This document shows positions 26,651-35,607 of a DNA stretch of 64,000 nucleotides, in pieces (position 1 is the stretch's first letter; every line of letters starts with the position of its first letter). The DNA is from an uncultured Acidobacteriota bacterium (lineage in GTDB: Bacteria > Acidobacteriota > Terriglobia > Terriglobales > Acidobacteriaceae). Below the pieces are notes generated by a model. That model saw only the letters and a program-made list of their open reading frames with translations. It had not been told where the DNA came from and made no database searches. Location: positions 566,923 through 630,922 of the forward strand of contig CAVUUE010000003.1 in assembly GCA_963744615.1 (NCBI GenBank), in the 5' to 3' direction. The position numbers and the translations under genes are program-made.

Positions 26651-28146
26651 GCATTCTCCTCGGAAACGTCGCCGCGCGAACCGCTCAGTTTGCGCACAAT
26701 GTTCGTCGTGCTGAATCCCGCCACCGTCGGCACAATCGCCACCCGTCCCCCCAGCCCCGCACCATCTCTGCGCCCACCACGGTCGCTTCCGTGTAGTCGC
26801 CGCCTTTGATCAGCACATCCGGCCGCAGCGCTTCAATCGTCTCAAGCGGCGTGTCTTCCTCGAAAATTACAATCGCATCCGTCGAGGCCAGCGCCGCCAG
26901 AATCCGCGCCCGCTCCTTCTCTCCCACAATCGGCCGCGCCGGTCCCTTCAGCCGCTCCACCGATGCATCGCTGTTCAGCCCGATCACAAGATGGTCGCCC
27001 ATCCGATGCGCATCTTCGAGCAGCGTGATGTGCCCGATATGCAGCAGGTCGAAGGATCCGTTGGTAAACACCACCGTCTCGCCTCGATTGCGCCACTGCG
27101 CCGCCCGCGCCAACAGCCCCGCGCGATCCACAACCTTTTCCTGCGTGCTCAGGCTCAGCTCCGTTGACAGCGTCGCCAGCAGACTCGCGCGGTCGATCGG
27201 CACCGTTCCCACCCGGCTCACCACAATTCCCGCCGCAGCATTCGCCAGCTGAATCGCACTCTCCAGGTCCAGCTTCGCCGCCGCTGCCGCCGCCAGCGTC
27301 GCGATCACCGTGTCCCCCGCGCCCGACACGTCGTAAACCTCGCGTGCCTGCGCGCTCGCATGCAGATCGTCCTCGGCATCCGCCTTCAGCACCCGAATGC
27401 CGCGCTCGCTCATCGTCACCGTCAGATATTCAAGCGCCAGCGGCGCAATCAGCGCACGTCCCGCCGCCATCAACGCCGCCGGCATCCTCTGCCGCAGCCC
27501 CCGTGCACGCCGCCAGTTCCTGCAGGTTCGGGCACACGGTCGTCGCCTGCCGATACTTCGAAAAATCGCCGCCCTTGGGATCGACGAGCACCGGAACCCC
27601 GCGTTTGCGCGCCTCCGCGATCACTTGCTGGCACACATATTCCGGCAACACCCCCTTGGCGTAATCGGAAAAAATAATGCAGTCGGCCCGTGAAATTTCG
27701 CTCGTCAGCGCCCCCAGCAGCGCGTGGATCTCAACCGGCGACGGCGCGTCGGGAGTCTCCACATCGAGCCGCATCAACTGCTGCCGCCCCGCCATCACCC
27801 GCGTCTTTGAAATCGTCGCCCGCTGCCACACGCACACCGCATCGGTCGCAATCTGCGGGCCTGAGAGCAGCCCGCGCAGCACCTGCGCCTCCTCATCCTC
27901 TCCCAGAAACCCGGCCAGCGACACCTGTGTCCCCAGCCCTGCAAGATTCATTGCAACGTTGGCCGCCCCGCCCGCCACATGCGTCCGCCGCACCGACCGC
28001 AGCACCGGCACCGGCGCCTCCGGAGAAATCCGGCTCACCTCGCCCCACACATACCGGTCCAGCATCAGGTCGCCCACCACCAGCACGCGGTAGCGCTCAA
28101 AGCCAGACTCAACCAGGTCAAGAACACGATGGAGATCACGAATCAT
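26647..28146 (-). pseudogene. hldE: bifunctional heptose 7-phosphate kinase / heptose 1-phosphate adenylyltransferase, interrupted by two 1-nt indels
   Basis: The kinase N-terminus is in ORF 27430..28146. The rest of the kinase ('EVYDVSGAGDTV') plus the adenylyltransferase ('FTNGSFDLLHIGH') is in ORF 26685..27485. The true C-terminus 'GGRVAIVPTVAGFSTTNIVRKL' is in a third frame that ends in an ATGA overlap with hldD. Confidence 0.85.
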
Positions 28147-28269
28147 AATGAGTTCCCCTGTATCTTAACCGTCTGCGCCAGCGTTTGTTGATACGCCATT
28201 AAAGCCGCATGCGCAAATAAATCTGGGTGTAAACCTGGGTTTCCGAGATCAGGCGACACCAAAAAGCGA

Positions 28270-28306
28270 GGGTGCGCCATTCAAGCCGCACCTGGCTTGA
28301 GTGGGA
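28270..28306 (+). repeat. GGGTGCCCCA-family hairpin repeat, copy 4
   Basis: GGGTGCGCCATTCAAGCC gcacct GGCTTGAGTGGGA. Confidence 0.8.
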
Positions 28307-28337
28307 GAATACCCGCTGAGGAAAGTTTTCTATGTGC

Positions 28338-28375
28338 GGGTGCCCCATTCAAGCCGTCCGTTGGCTTGAGTGGGA
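28338..28375 (+). repeat. GGGTGCCCCA-family hairpin repeat, copy 5 (tandem with copy 4)
   Basis: GGGTGCCCCATTCAAGCC gtccgtt GGCTTGAGTGGGA, 68 nt after copy 4. Confidence 0.8.
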
Positions 28376-28408
28376 GAGAATCCCCGCTCCGGATGGCCCA
28401 AAGACAGA

Positions 28409-29506
28409 CTAAACAGAATCCCGCACCACCAACCCATGCGCAGCGGAAACCCGGGCCAGCACCCGCCGTGCCGCCCCCAGCACCTCCGCCGGAGCAATCG
28501 AAGTCAAACACTTCTTCTCCTGCTCGATGCACACCTCCAGATCGCAATCCCAGCAATCCGTCCGGTGATACACCACCTCATGCTGCTCGCCCCACGGAAA
28601 CCAGATCCGCGGCTTGTTCCGCGCCGGGAAAACCGCAACACAGGCCGTCCCCACCGCCGCCGCCAGGTGCATCGGCCCGCTGTCGTGTCCCAGAAAAATC
28701 CGCGCCCGCGACAGCACCGCCGCCGACTCGCGCGGCGTAATCCTCCCGCACAAATTCACCCGGCGCCCATCCCATGCCGCCGATGCCTCTTCACTCGCCG
28801 CCGACTCCTCACTCGCCCCAATCAGCGCCAGCCCATACTGCGGCAACTCCGCCGCCAGCGCATCCAGCACCCTGCGCCAGTTCGCCGCGCCCCAGTCCTT
28901 CGCCTGCATCTTCGTTCCCACGGAGCAGCCAATCAACGCCCGCCCCTGCACCGGCTCCAGCACTTCCGCCGCCCGCTTATGTTCGTCGAGTGTCAACCCC
29001 AGATCCCAGTTCGCCCGGTCCTTCAAATCGATCGGACCCAGCGAACGCATTCCCCGCGTCAGCCGCTCTGCCTCCGGCTCGCAATCCCCAGTCTCAGGAT
29101 CAACCCGGTTCACCCGCGCCTCCCGCGCCAGCGGCAGTCCGAGTATCTTCGGCACTCCGCACAATTTGAAGAACGCCGCATCCCGCATTACATCGCCCGC
29201 TGACCGCCGCGGCGTCAGATACACCAGCACCTGCGGACGAAACGCGCGAATCTCCCGCTGCAGCGTCATCAGCTCAGGCAAACTGCGCGTCGCAATGGGA
29301 TACCGCAGAAACCCATGCACCAGCCCCGATCCTTCCAGCACTGCATACGCCGCCGGAGCTTTGCTATGCACTGGAATATTCCCCAGCAAACATCTCTCCG
29401 CATCCGGAAAGGCGCGCGCAATCGCATGAAAGCAGGGCAGCGCCACCACCGTATCGCCCAAACTGCCCAGCCGATAAATCAAAACGCGCTCAATAACGGA
29501 TTGCAT
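28409..29506 (-). CDS. glycosyltransferase family 9 (LPS heptosyltransferase)
   Basis: 'RVLIYRLGSLGDTVVALP' and 'GHDSGPMHLAAAVG' are GT9 signatures. Confidence 0.85.
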   Translation of the reverse strand: MQSVIERVLIYRLGSLGDTVVALPCFHAIARAFPDAERCLLGNIPVHSKAPAAYAVLEGSGLVHGFLRYPIATRSLPELMTLQREIRAFRPQVLVYLTPRRSAGDVMRDAAFFKLCGVPKILGLPLAREARVNRVDPETGDCEPEAERLTRGMRSLGPIDLKDRANWDLGLTLDEHKRAAEVLEPVQGRALIGCSVGTKMQAKDWGAANWRRVLDALAAELPQYGLALIGASEESAASEEASAAWDGRRVNLCGRITPRESAAVLSRARIFLGHDSGPMHLAAAVGTACVAVFPARNKPRIWFPWGEQHEVVYHRTDCWDCDLEVCIEQEKKCLTSIAPAEVLGAARRVLARVSAAHGLVVRDSV

Positions 29507-30025
29507 CTATTTCGCAGTATTGACTTGAATGCGTGCGAGATTCGGAACCAAATGCGCCGGGCCCGTGCCGGAAACGACCAGCATCAAAGGGCCGTCCGAA
29601 ACACTCAGAGCTCCGCCATCCATCCCATCTGCGACGATGATCTGGTTTCCATCCTGAAACGCCGCGTTTGTTTCTGCCGCCGACAGCACGACCTTACTCC
29701 CGTCCTGACCGACAGCGGCAAGCGAGATCGCCGCCGCCGCTGTGACTCCAGCCCTCGCCAGCAAGTCCTTCAGCGGAACACCGGAATAGCTTTCAGTCTT
29801 GCTGTTGGTATTGTTCACTGCTTTGACTTGAATTTGCGGCATGGCTCGAAGCAGCCTAGCGTCGATCGCAATCGCATGAGCAGCGCTGCCGTAAATGAAC
29901 AGGAGATTCGTGGGCGCCTTGCGGACCTCAGTCGAATCTAGCTGGGCTGGGCATCTATTTGGAAGAACCAGAAATAAAACAACAATATAAAATCCACACC
30001 AGCCTAAAGCTTTCGCCCGATCCAT
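29507..30025 (-). CDS. hypothetical secreted protein (weak resemblance to the molybdopterin-oxidoreductase-type beta fold)
   Basis: ATG at 30025. It has a hydrophobic N-terminus and 'SYSGVPLKDLLARAG'. Its stop directly abuts the GT9 start. The upstream part of ORF 29507..30433 is antisense to nuoI. Confidence 0.5.
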   Translation of the reverse strand: MDRAKALGWCGFYIVVLFLVLPNRCPAQLDSTEVRKAPTNLLFIYGSAAHAIAIDARLLRAMPQIQVKAVNNTNSKTESYSGVPLKDLLARAGVTAAAAISLAAVGQDGSKVVLSAAETNAAFQDGNQIIVADGMDGGALSVSDGPLMLVVSGTGPAHLVPNLARIQVNTAK

Positions 30026-30043
30026 ACCCAGAGCCTCATCTCG

Positions 30044-30049
30044 TATAAT
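30044..30049 (+). promoter_or_regulatory. perfect TATAAT -10 hexamer 6 nt upstream of the nuoI ATG
   Basis: tcgTATAATcaaagtATG. There is no Shine-Dalgarno sequence between the hexamer and the ATG. Confidence 0.35.
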
Positions 30050-30055
30050 CAAAGT

Positions 30056-30538
30056 ATGTCGATTGTCCGCGATATCGCCGCCGTTGCCAAGGGAATGAGC
30101 GTCACCTTCGGAGAAATCTTCCAGCCGACACAGGTGGAGAATTATCCCGACGGCCCCGGCCCCATGCGCGGAGCGAAATTTGAAGCTCGCTATCGCGGCC
30201 GGCACGTGCTCCAGCGCGATGAAAATGGCCTGGAAAAATGCGTCGCCTGCTTCCTCTGCGCCGCCGCGTGCCCATCGAACTGCATCCACATCGAAGCCGC
30301 GGAAAATACCGCCGAGCAGCGCATCTCCAGCTCCGAACGCTACGCCAAGGTCTACAACATCGACTACAACCGCTGCATCTTCTGCGGCTATTGCGTCGAG
30401 GCCTGCCCCACCGACGCCATCACCCACGGCCACGGCTTCGAATCTGCCTCGCTGAACGCCACCAGCCTCATCATGCGCAAAGAAGACCTGCTCGCCCCGA
30501 TGCCGGGCTCCCCGGCCATGACAGCTTCTACCCGCTAA
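30056..30538 (+). CDS. nuoI: NADH-quinone oxidoreductase subunit I-like 2x[4Fe-4S] protein
   Basis: 'GLEKCVACFLCAAACP' and 'RCIFCGYCVEACPTDAI' lie in NuoI/Nqo9-like context ('RYAKVYNIDYN'). Confidence 0.85.
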   Translation: MSIVRDIAAVAKGMSVTFGEIFQPTQVENYPDGPGPMRGAKFEARYRGRHVLQRDENGLEKCVACFLCAAACPSNCIHIEAAENTAEQRISSSERYAKVYNIDYNRCIFCGYCVEACPTDAITHGHGFESASLNATSLIMRKEDLLAPMPGSPAMTASTR

Positions 30539-30646
30539 TTCGAAGTTTCCAGTCGTTAAGATAGAACAGGTGACCTCGCGCCTGCCATTTCTGCTACAAC
30601 AGCGGCGGCACCGCTTTCTTTCTGTAACCCATGGAGTGTCTGCACA

Positions 30647-31201
30647 ATGATTCGATCCGGAATTCTGCCTCTCGCTCTCGCGCTTCTTTCAATAGCGCCG
30701 CTTTCCGCGCGTGCCCAGGCCGCTCCGCAGCCGGAGAAAAACCTCGCGCCTCACATGCAGGTCCAGGTCCTCAACCGCAGCCCGCAGGAAACCACCTACG
30801 CCGTCATCTTCGGCCGGGGAGATGAAGTCATGGCCGGTCTCAATCAGTTCGCGTTGCAGAAACATCTCGGCGCCGCCCGCATCACCGGCATCGGCGGAAT
30901 TCAGGACGCCACCGTCGGCTACCTGCACAAGGGCGACAAGGAGCACACCCCGATCCCGATCGACCAGCAGTGTGAGGCGCTTTCCATGCTCGGCGACATC
31001 GCCCTGTTTCACAACAAGCCCGTCGTTCATATCCACATGGTCGTCGGGCTCCCGGACGGAAGCACCCGCGGAGGACACCTCCTGCAGGCCCACGTCTGGC
31101 CAACCATGGAAATCATCGTGACGGAATATCCCAACGCGATGCACAAAAAAGTCGATGCGGAAACCGGAATGGCATTCATCGATCCTTCCGAAAAGCAATA
31201 A
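30647..31201 (+). CDS. PPC (DUF296) domain protein with signal peptide
   Basis: 'ITGIGGIQDATVGY', 'LSMLGDIA' and 'HIHMVVGLPDGSTRGGHL' are present. Confidence 0.8.
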   Translation: MIRSGILPLALALLSIAPLSARAQAAPQPEKNLAPHMQVQVLNRSPQETTYAVIFGRGDEVMAGLNQFALQKHLGAARITGIGGIQDATVGYLHKGDKEHTPIPIDQQCEALSMLGDIALFHNKPVVHIHMVVGLPDGSTRGGHLLQAHVWPTMEIIVTEYPNAMHKKVDAETGMAFIDPSEKQ

Positions 31202-31222
31202 CCGGCAGCATAAAAAGGTCAC

Positions 31223-34200
31223 ATGAAAAACTTTTCAGAGGTCCTCAAAGAACGCGTAATTGTCTACGACGGTGCCATGGGCACCAGCATTCAGAAATAT
31301 AACCTCACCGTCGACGACTTTTGGGACAAGGAAGGCTGCAATGAGCTGCTCGTCCTCAGCCGTCCCGATGTCATCCGCGCCATCCACGCCAGCTTTTTTC
31401 AGGTGGGCTGCGATGTCGTCGAAACCAACACCTTCGGCTCTTCGCGCATCGTCCTCGCCGAATATCAGCTCGAGGAAAAAACCCGCGAGCTGAACATCGT
31501 CGCCGCCCAGCTCGCGAAACAGGTCGCCGCCGAATTCTCCACGCCCGAAAAGCCGCGCTTCGTCGCCGGCTCCATCGGCCCCACCACCAAGCTGCCCTCG
31601 CTCGGCCACATCTCCTATGACGACATGGCCGTCACCTATCGCGAGCAGATCGAGGCCCTCATCGAAGGCGGCGTCGACCTCCTGCTCATCGAAACCTGTC
31701 AGGATCTTCTCCAGGGAAAAATCGCTCTGGCCGCCTGCGAAGACGCAATGCGCGCCACCGGTAGACGCCTGCCCGTGCAGATGCAGGTCACCCTGGAGGC
31801 CACCGGCACCATGCTTCTCGGCAGCGAAATCGGCGCCGCCCTCGCCGTGCTCGAATGCTTCCAGCCCGACATCATCGGCCTCAACTGCGCCACCGGCCCG
31901 CGCGAAATGAACGACGCCGTACGCTTCTTGTGCCAAAATGCAACCCGCCCGGTTAGCGTATTGCCCAACGCCGGCCTGCCGCAGAACGTCGGCGGCCACG
32001 CCGTCTACGCACTCACTCCCGACGAGCTCGCCCGCTATCACAAGCAGTTTGTCGAGGAGTACGGTGTCCGCATCGTCGGCGGCTGTTGCGGCACCACGCC
32101 CGAACATCTCCGCGCCGTCGTCGATGCCGTTGCAAATGCAACACCCGCTGTTACAAATGCCGTTCCGCAGAGTGTCGCCGCCAGCGCCTTCTCCGCCATC
32201 CCGCTTGAAATCGACGGCCAGCCCGTAATCGTCGCTGAGGAAATGAACACCACCACCCGCAGTCCCGTGTTCCGGGAAATGGTCCGCACCGGCGACTACG
32301 ACGGCATCCTCGCACTCTCAAAACGCCTCGCTGTGGAAGGCTCGCAGATGCTCGACCTCTGCTGCGCCATCGTCGGCGAAGATGAAAAAGCCTACATGAA
32401 CGGCGTGCTCGAAAAAATCGCCACCCGCGTGCCTGCGCCCGTGCTCGTAGACTCGACCGAAGCCGACGTCATCGAGGAAGCGCTCAAGCGCATCCCCGGC
32501 AAGCCGCTCATCAACTCCATCAATCTGGAGGATGGCGAAAAGCGGACCTCGAAAGTCCTGCCCATGGCCCGCCGCTACGGCGCCGCCGTCATCGCCCTCA
32601 CCATCGATGAAGATGGCATGGCCCTCACCGCGCAGAAAAAACTCGCCGTCGCCAAGCGCATCTACCATCTCGCGACCGATAAATACGGCCTGCGCCCGCA
32701 GGACCTCATCTTCGATCCGCTCACCCTGCCCATCTCCACCGGCCAGGAAGACTACCGCACCGCCGGCATCGAAACCCTCGAGGCCGTGCGCCTGCTCAAA
32801 CAGGAATTGCCCGCCTCGAAAACCATTCTCGGCGTCAGCAATATTTCCTTCGGCCTCTCCACCTACTCGCGCCGCGTGCTCAATAGCGTCTTCCTCAAGG
32901 AAGCCGTCGATCGCGGCCTCGACATGGCCATCGTCAACTATTCGAAAATTTATCCGCTCTACAAAATCCCCGAAAGGGAAGTGGAGCTTGCGCGCAAACT
33001 CATATTCCGCGACACCTCCGAAGGCGACCCGCTCCAGGTCTTCATGGCTTACTTCGCCAATCTGCAAAAAGATCCCAACGCCGAGCCCGAAGCCGAAGCT
33101 GTCGAAGCCCTCACCATTGAGGACAAGCTCAAGCAGCTCATCATTCGCGGCGAACGCAGCGTCGGCGCGGGCGCGGAAAAGAAATCGCTCGAGGACCTGC
33201 TGGAGCAGGCGCTTGAAACCTATACCCCGCTCGAGCTCATCAACACCGTCCTGCTCGACGGCATGAAGACCGTCGGCGAGCTCTTCGGCGCGCGCAAAAT
33301 GCAGCTTCCCTCCGTGCTCGATTCCGCCTCCGTCATGAAAGCCGCCGTCGGATATCTCGAGCCGAAAATGGAGCGCGTCGAAGGCTCCCAGCGCGGCACC
33401 ATCGTCCTCGCAACCGTCAAGGGAGACGTGCACGACATCGGAAAAAATCTCGTCGACATCATCCTCTCGAACAACGGCTACAAAGTCGTCAACCTCGGCA
33501 TCAAGCAGCCGTCCGACATCATCATCCAGGCCGCGCACGAACATAAAGCCGACGCCATCGGCCTCAGCGGCCTGCTCGTCAAAAGCACGCTGGAGATGAA
33601 GTACGTCATTCAGGATTTGCAGCATCTCGAAAGTCAGATCCCCGTCATCTGCGGCGGCGCGGCACTCACGCGCAAATACGTCGAAGACGATCTTCGCCGC
33701 GAATACAAAGGTCCCGTCTACTACGCGGAAGACGCCTTCGCCGGCCTCCACGTCATCGGCGACCTCACGGCGGCGGACGCATCTGTCCGCGGCGAACGCA
33801 TTCAGGATGGCCAGACGGTCAAAACATTCGAGCGAAAAAATCTTCTGCCGGAAGAACAATCCGAGCCCGCCCCGCCCGCCTCCACCAAGCGCTCGCACGT
33901 CATTCAGGACGTCACCGAAGTTCCCGTCCCGCCCTTCTGGGGCATCCGCGTCCGCAAGGAATTTCCCATGGACGAGCTCTTCGGTTACATCAACGAAACG
34001 GCGCTCTTCAAAAATCAGTGGCAGCTCAAAACCGCTTCCGCCACGGATTACGTGCGGCTCGTCGAGGAAAAATACCGCCCCATTCTCCGCGGCCTCATCC
34101 ACGAAGCCAAACGCGATGGCTGGCTCCAGCCTGCAACCGTGCACGGCTATTTCCCCTGCAACACCCAGGGCAATCACGTCATCGTCTACGATCCGGAAGC

Positions 34201-34723
34201 AGCCGCCGGCAAAACGAAACAGGAACTGTTACGAATAGAGTTTCCCCGCCAGCGCGAAGGCCGCCAGCTCTCGATCGCGGACTTTTTTCTGCCCGTCGAA
34301 TCGGGCAAGCTCGATGTCATCGGCTTTTCCGTCGTCACCGTAGGCTCGCGCGCCAGCGAAATGACACAGAAATTGTTCGCAGCCGGCGACTTCACAAAAT
34401 ATCTCTACGCCCACGGTCTCAGCGTCGAAACCGCCGAAGCTCTCGCCGAGTGGCTGCACAAGGAAATTCGCTCCGAGCTCGGCATCGGCCAGGAAGATTC
34501 GCCGGAAGTCCGCGACCTGTTTCACCAGAAATATCGCGGCTCCCGCTACTCCTTCGGCTACGCCGCCTGCCCCAATCTGGAGGACCAGACCAAAATCTTC
34601 GCGCTGTTAAAGCCGGAGGAAAACATAGGCGTCCGTCTCACCGAGGGCTTCCACATGGACCCCGAGCAAAGCACCAACGCCATCATCGTCCACCATCCCC
34701 AGGCGAAATACTTCGTAATCTAA
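31223..34723 (+). CDS. metH: cobalamin-dependent methionine synthase
   Basis: The 1166-aa product has Hcy S-methyltransferase, pterin-binding, B12-binding ('GDVHDIGKN') and AdoMet-activation domains in order. Confidence 0.97.
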   Translation: MKNFSEVLKERVIVYDGAMGTSIQKYNLTVDDFWDKEGCNELLVLSRPDVIRAIHASFFQVGCDVVETNTFGSSRIVLAEYQLEEKTRELNIVAAQLAKQVAAEFSTPEKPRFVAGSIGPTTKLPSLGHISYDDMAVTYREQIEALIEGGVDLLLIETCQDLLQGKIALAACEDAMRATGRRLPVQMQVTLEATGTMLLGSEIGAALAVLECFQPDIIGLNCATGPREMNDAVRFLCQNATRPVSVLPNAGLPQNVGGHAVYALTPDELARYHKQFVEEYGVRIVGGCCGTTPEHLRAVVDAVANATPAVTNAVPQSVAASAFSAIPLEIDGQPVIVAEEMNTTTRSPVFREMVRTGDYDGILALSKRLAVEGSQMLDLCCAIVGEDEKAYMNGVLEKIATRVPAPVLVDSTEADVIEEALKRIPGKPLINSINLEDGEKRTSKVLPMARRYGAAVIALTIDEDGMALTAQKKLAVAKRIYHLATDKYGLRPQDLIFDPLTLPISTGQEDYRTAGIETLEAVRLLKQELPASKTILGVSNISFGLSTYSRRVLNSVFLKEAVDRGLDMAIVNYSKIYPLYKIPEREVELARKLIFRDTSEGDPLQVFMAYFANLQKDPNAEPEAEAVEALTIEDKLKQLIIRGERSVGAGAEKKSLEDLLEQALETYTPLELINTVLLDGMKTVGELFGARKMQLPSVLDSASVMKAAVGYLEPKMERVEGSQRGTIVLATVKGDVHDIGKNLVDIILSNNGYKVVNLGIKQPSDIIIQAAHEHKADAIGLSGLLVKSTLEMKYVIQDLQHLESQIPVICGGAALTRKYVEDDLRREYKGPVYYAEDAFAGLHVIGDLTAADASVRGERIQDGQTVKTFERKNLLPEEQSEPAPPASTKRSHVIQDVTEVPVPPFWGIRVRKEFPMDELFGYINETALFKNQWQLKTASATDYVRLVEEKYRPILRGLIHEAKRDGWLQPATVHGYFPCNTQGNHVIVYDPEAAAGKTKQELLRIEFPRQREGRQLSIADFFLPVESGKLDVIGFSVVTVGSRASEMTQKLFAAGDFTKYLYAHGLSVETAEALAEWLHKEIRSELGIGQEDSPEVRDLFHQKYRGSRYSFGYAACPNLEDQTKIFALLKPEENIGVRLTEGFHMDPEQSTNAIIVHHPQAKYFVI

Positions 34724-34745
34724 ATCCCCGCCTGTGTCAGAGGCC

Positions 34746-34787
34746 GGGTGCCCCATTCTAGCCGCGTTCTTTGCGGCTAGGGTGGGA
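34746..34787 (+). repeat. GGGTGCCCCA-family hairpin repeat, copy 6
   Basis: CCCATTCTAGCCGC gttcttt GCGGCTAGGGTGGG, a 14-bp stem with two T-G pairs, 23 nt after the metH stop. Confidence 0.8.
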
Positions 34788-35044
34788 CGGAACAATCCCG
34801 CCCCAACAGGTACACCTCCGAACTTCAATCCCGAGAACCGCATTGAAACAAGTAGACCCCGGACCATAGTCCGGGGAACCGCGTCCGCAGGAATGCGCCT
34901 TCAGGCGCTGATGGAACTGCCGAATCCATAAGAGAACCAAGATTCGTCAACCTACCCAAAAAATAGATTCGCCAGATTTGGCACATTCAATCCATCGACA
35001 CGCGAATACTAGTCGTAGAGCTGTTTTCCAAAGAGGGCCCCGCC

Positions 35045-35518
35045 ATGTCGATTCAATCCCTGTTCCTGACCCGCGCCGCGAACGCCGCCCGCGCCGCGCA
35101 CCACATCTTCCCGGAATACGCCGCCTGCGAAGCCGCCCTCGAATCCGGCTGGGGCCGCTCGAAACTCGCCGTCGAAGCCCACAATTTATTCGGCCAGAAA
35201 CAAAGCCATCCGCCGCTCCCAGGAACCGAAACCATAACCATGCCCACGCGCGAATATCTCCACGACCACTGGATGACGGTGCTGGCAAACTGGACGAAAT
35301 TTCCCGGCTTTACCGAATGTTTCGCCGCAAGGATGGCCCTCTTGAACAATCTCAGCCGCACCTTCCCCAACTATCAGGCCGCCCTCAAGGCCGGTACCGG
35401 CGAGCAATACATCGTGGCCGTCTCCAAAAGCTGGTCCACCGATCCCGATCGTGGCGGCAAAGTCCTATCCATCTACGACGCCCACACCGCCGCATTCCAA
35501 TCGACCGAAGCCGCATAG
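35045..35518 (+). CDS. glucosaminidase (GH73 / FlgJ-like) domain protein
   Basis: 'ACEAALESGWGRSKLAVEAHNLFGQK' resembles the mannosyl-glycoprotein endo-beta-N-acetylglucosaminidase motif. Confidence 0.7.
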   Translation: MSIQSLFLTRAANAARAAHHIFPEYAACEAALESGWGRSKLAVEAHNLFGQKQSHPPLPGTETITMPTREYLHDHWMTVLANWTKFPGFTECFAARMALLNNLSRTFPNYQAALKAGTGEQYIVAVSKSWSTDPDRGGKVLSIYDAHTAAFQSTEAA

Positions 35519-35554
35519 CCCGACCGAGGCGCTGTTGTACTAGCATTCGTCTGA

Positions 35555-35607
35555 GTAGAAAATCCGGAGTGAAAAATCCGGGTGAAGAATCGGAGTGAAA
35601 ATCCGGG
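35555..35607 (+). repeat. four tandem 12-14-nt units (GTGAAAATCCGGR) leading into repeat copy 7
   Basis: The units are GTAGAAAATCCGGA, GTGAAAAATCCGGG, TGAAGAATCGGA and GTGAAAATCCGGG. Confidence 0.7.

Noticed and set aside
26745-26756. Programmed -1 ribosomal frameshifting on the G6 run in hldE.
   Set aside because: The sequence does not form an X XXY YYZ heptamer in the zero frame, and no downstream stimulatory structure was seen. The same gene has a second, unrelated indel, so error or decay is the simpler explanation.
28270-28375. Tandem hairpin pairs (also 39508..39597) as a mini CRISPR array.
   Set aside because: There are only two units per locus, spacing is irregular across loci, and no cas genes are present. 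Identical units also occur singly elsewhere, which is REP-like behaviour.
32318-34177. A 619-aa ORF antisense to metH. Similar long antisense or out-of-frame ORFs include 1018..2484, 20598..21512, 28370..29203, 35827..37191, 38362..39453, 41620..42693 and 50920..51918.
   Set aside because: Their composition is Arg/Gly/Ala/Pro-dominated with no recognisable motifs. They lie entirely inside strongly supported genes on the other strand. Long stop-free antisense frames are expected in high-GC DNA.
34734-34931. Small ORFs that read through repeat copies. Examples are 34734..34931 'GCPILAAFFAARVGRN', 11277..11546 'GAPSFASFAKGGIDE', 14735..15037 and 28297..28740.
   Set aside because: The apparent peptide similarity comes from the shared repeat DNA. 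There is no ribosome-binding site or conserved domain, and the frames differ between copies.
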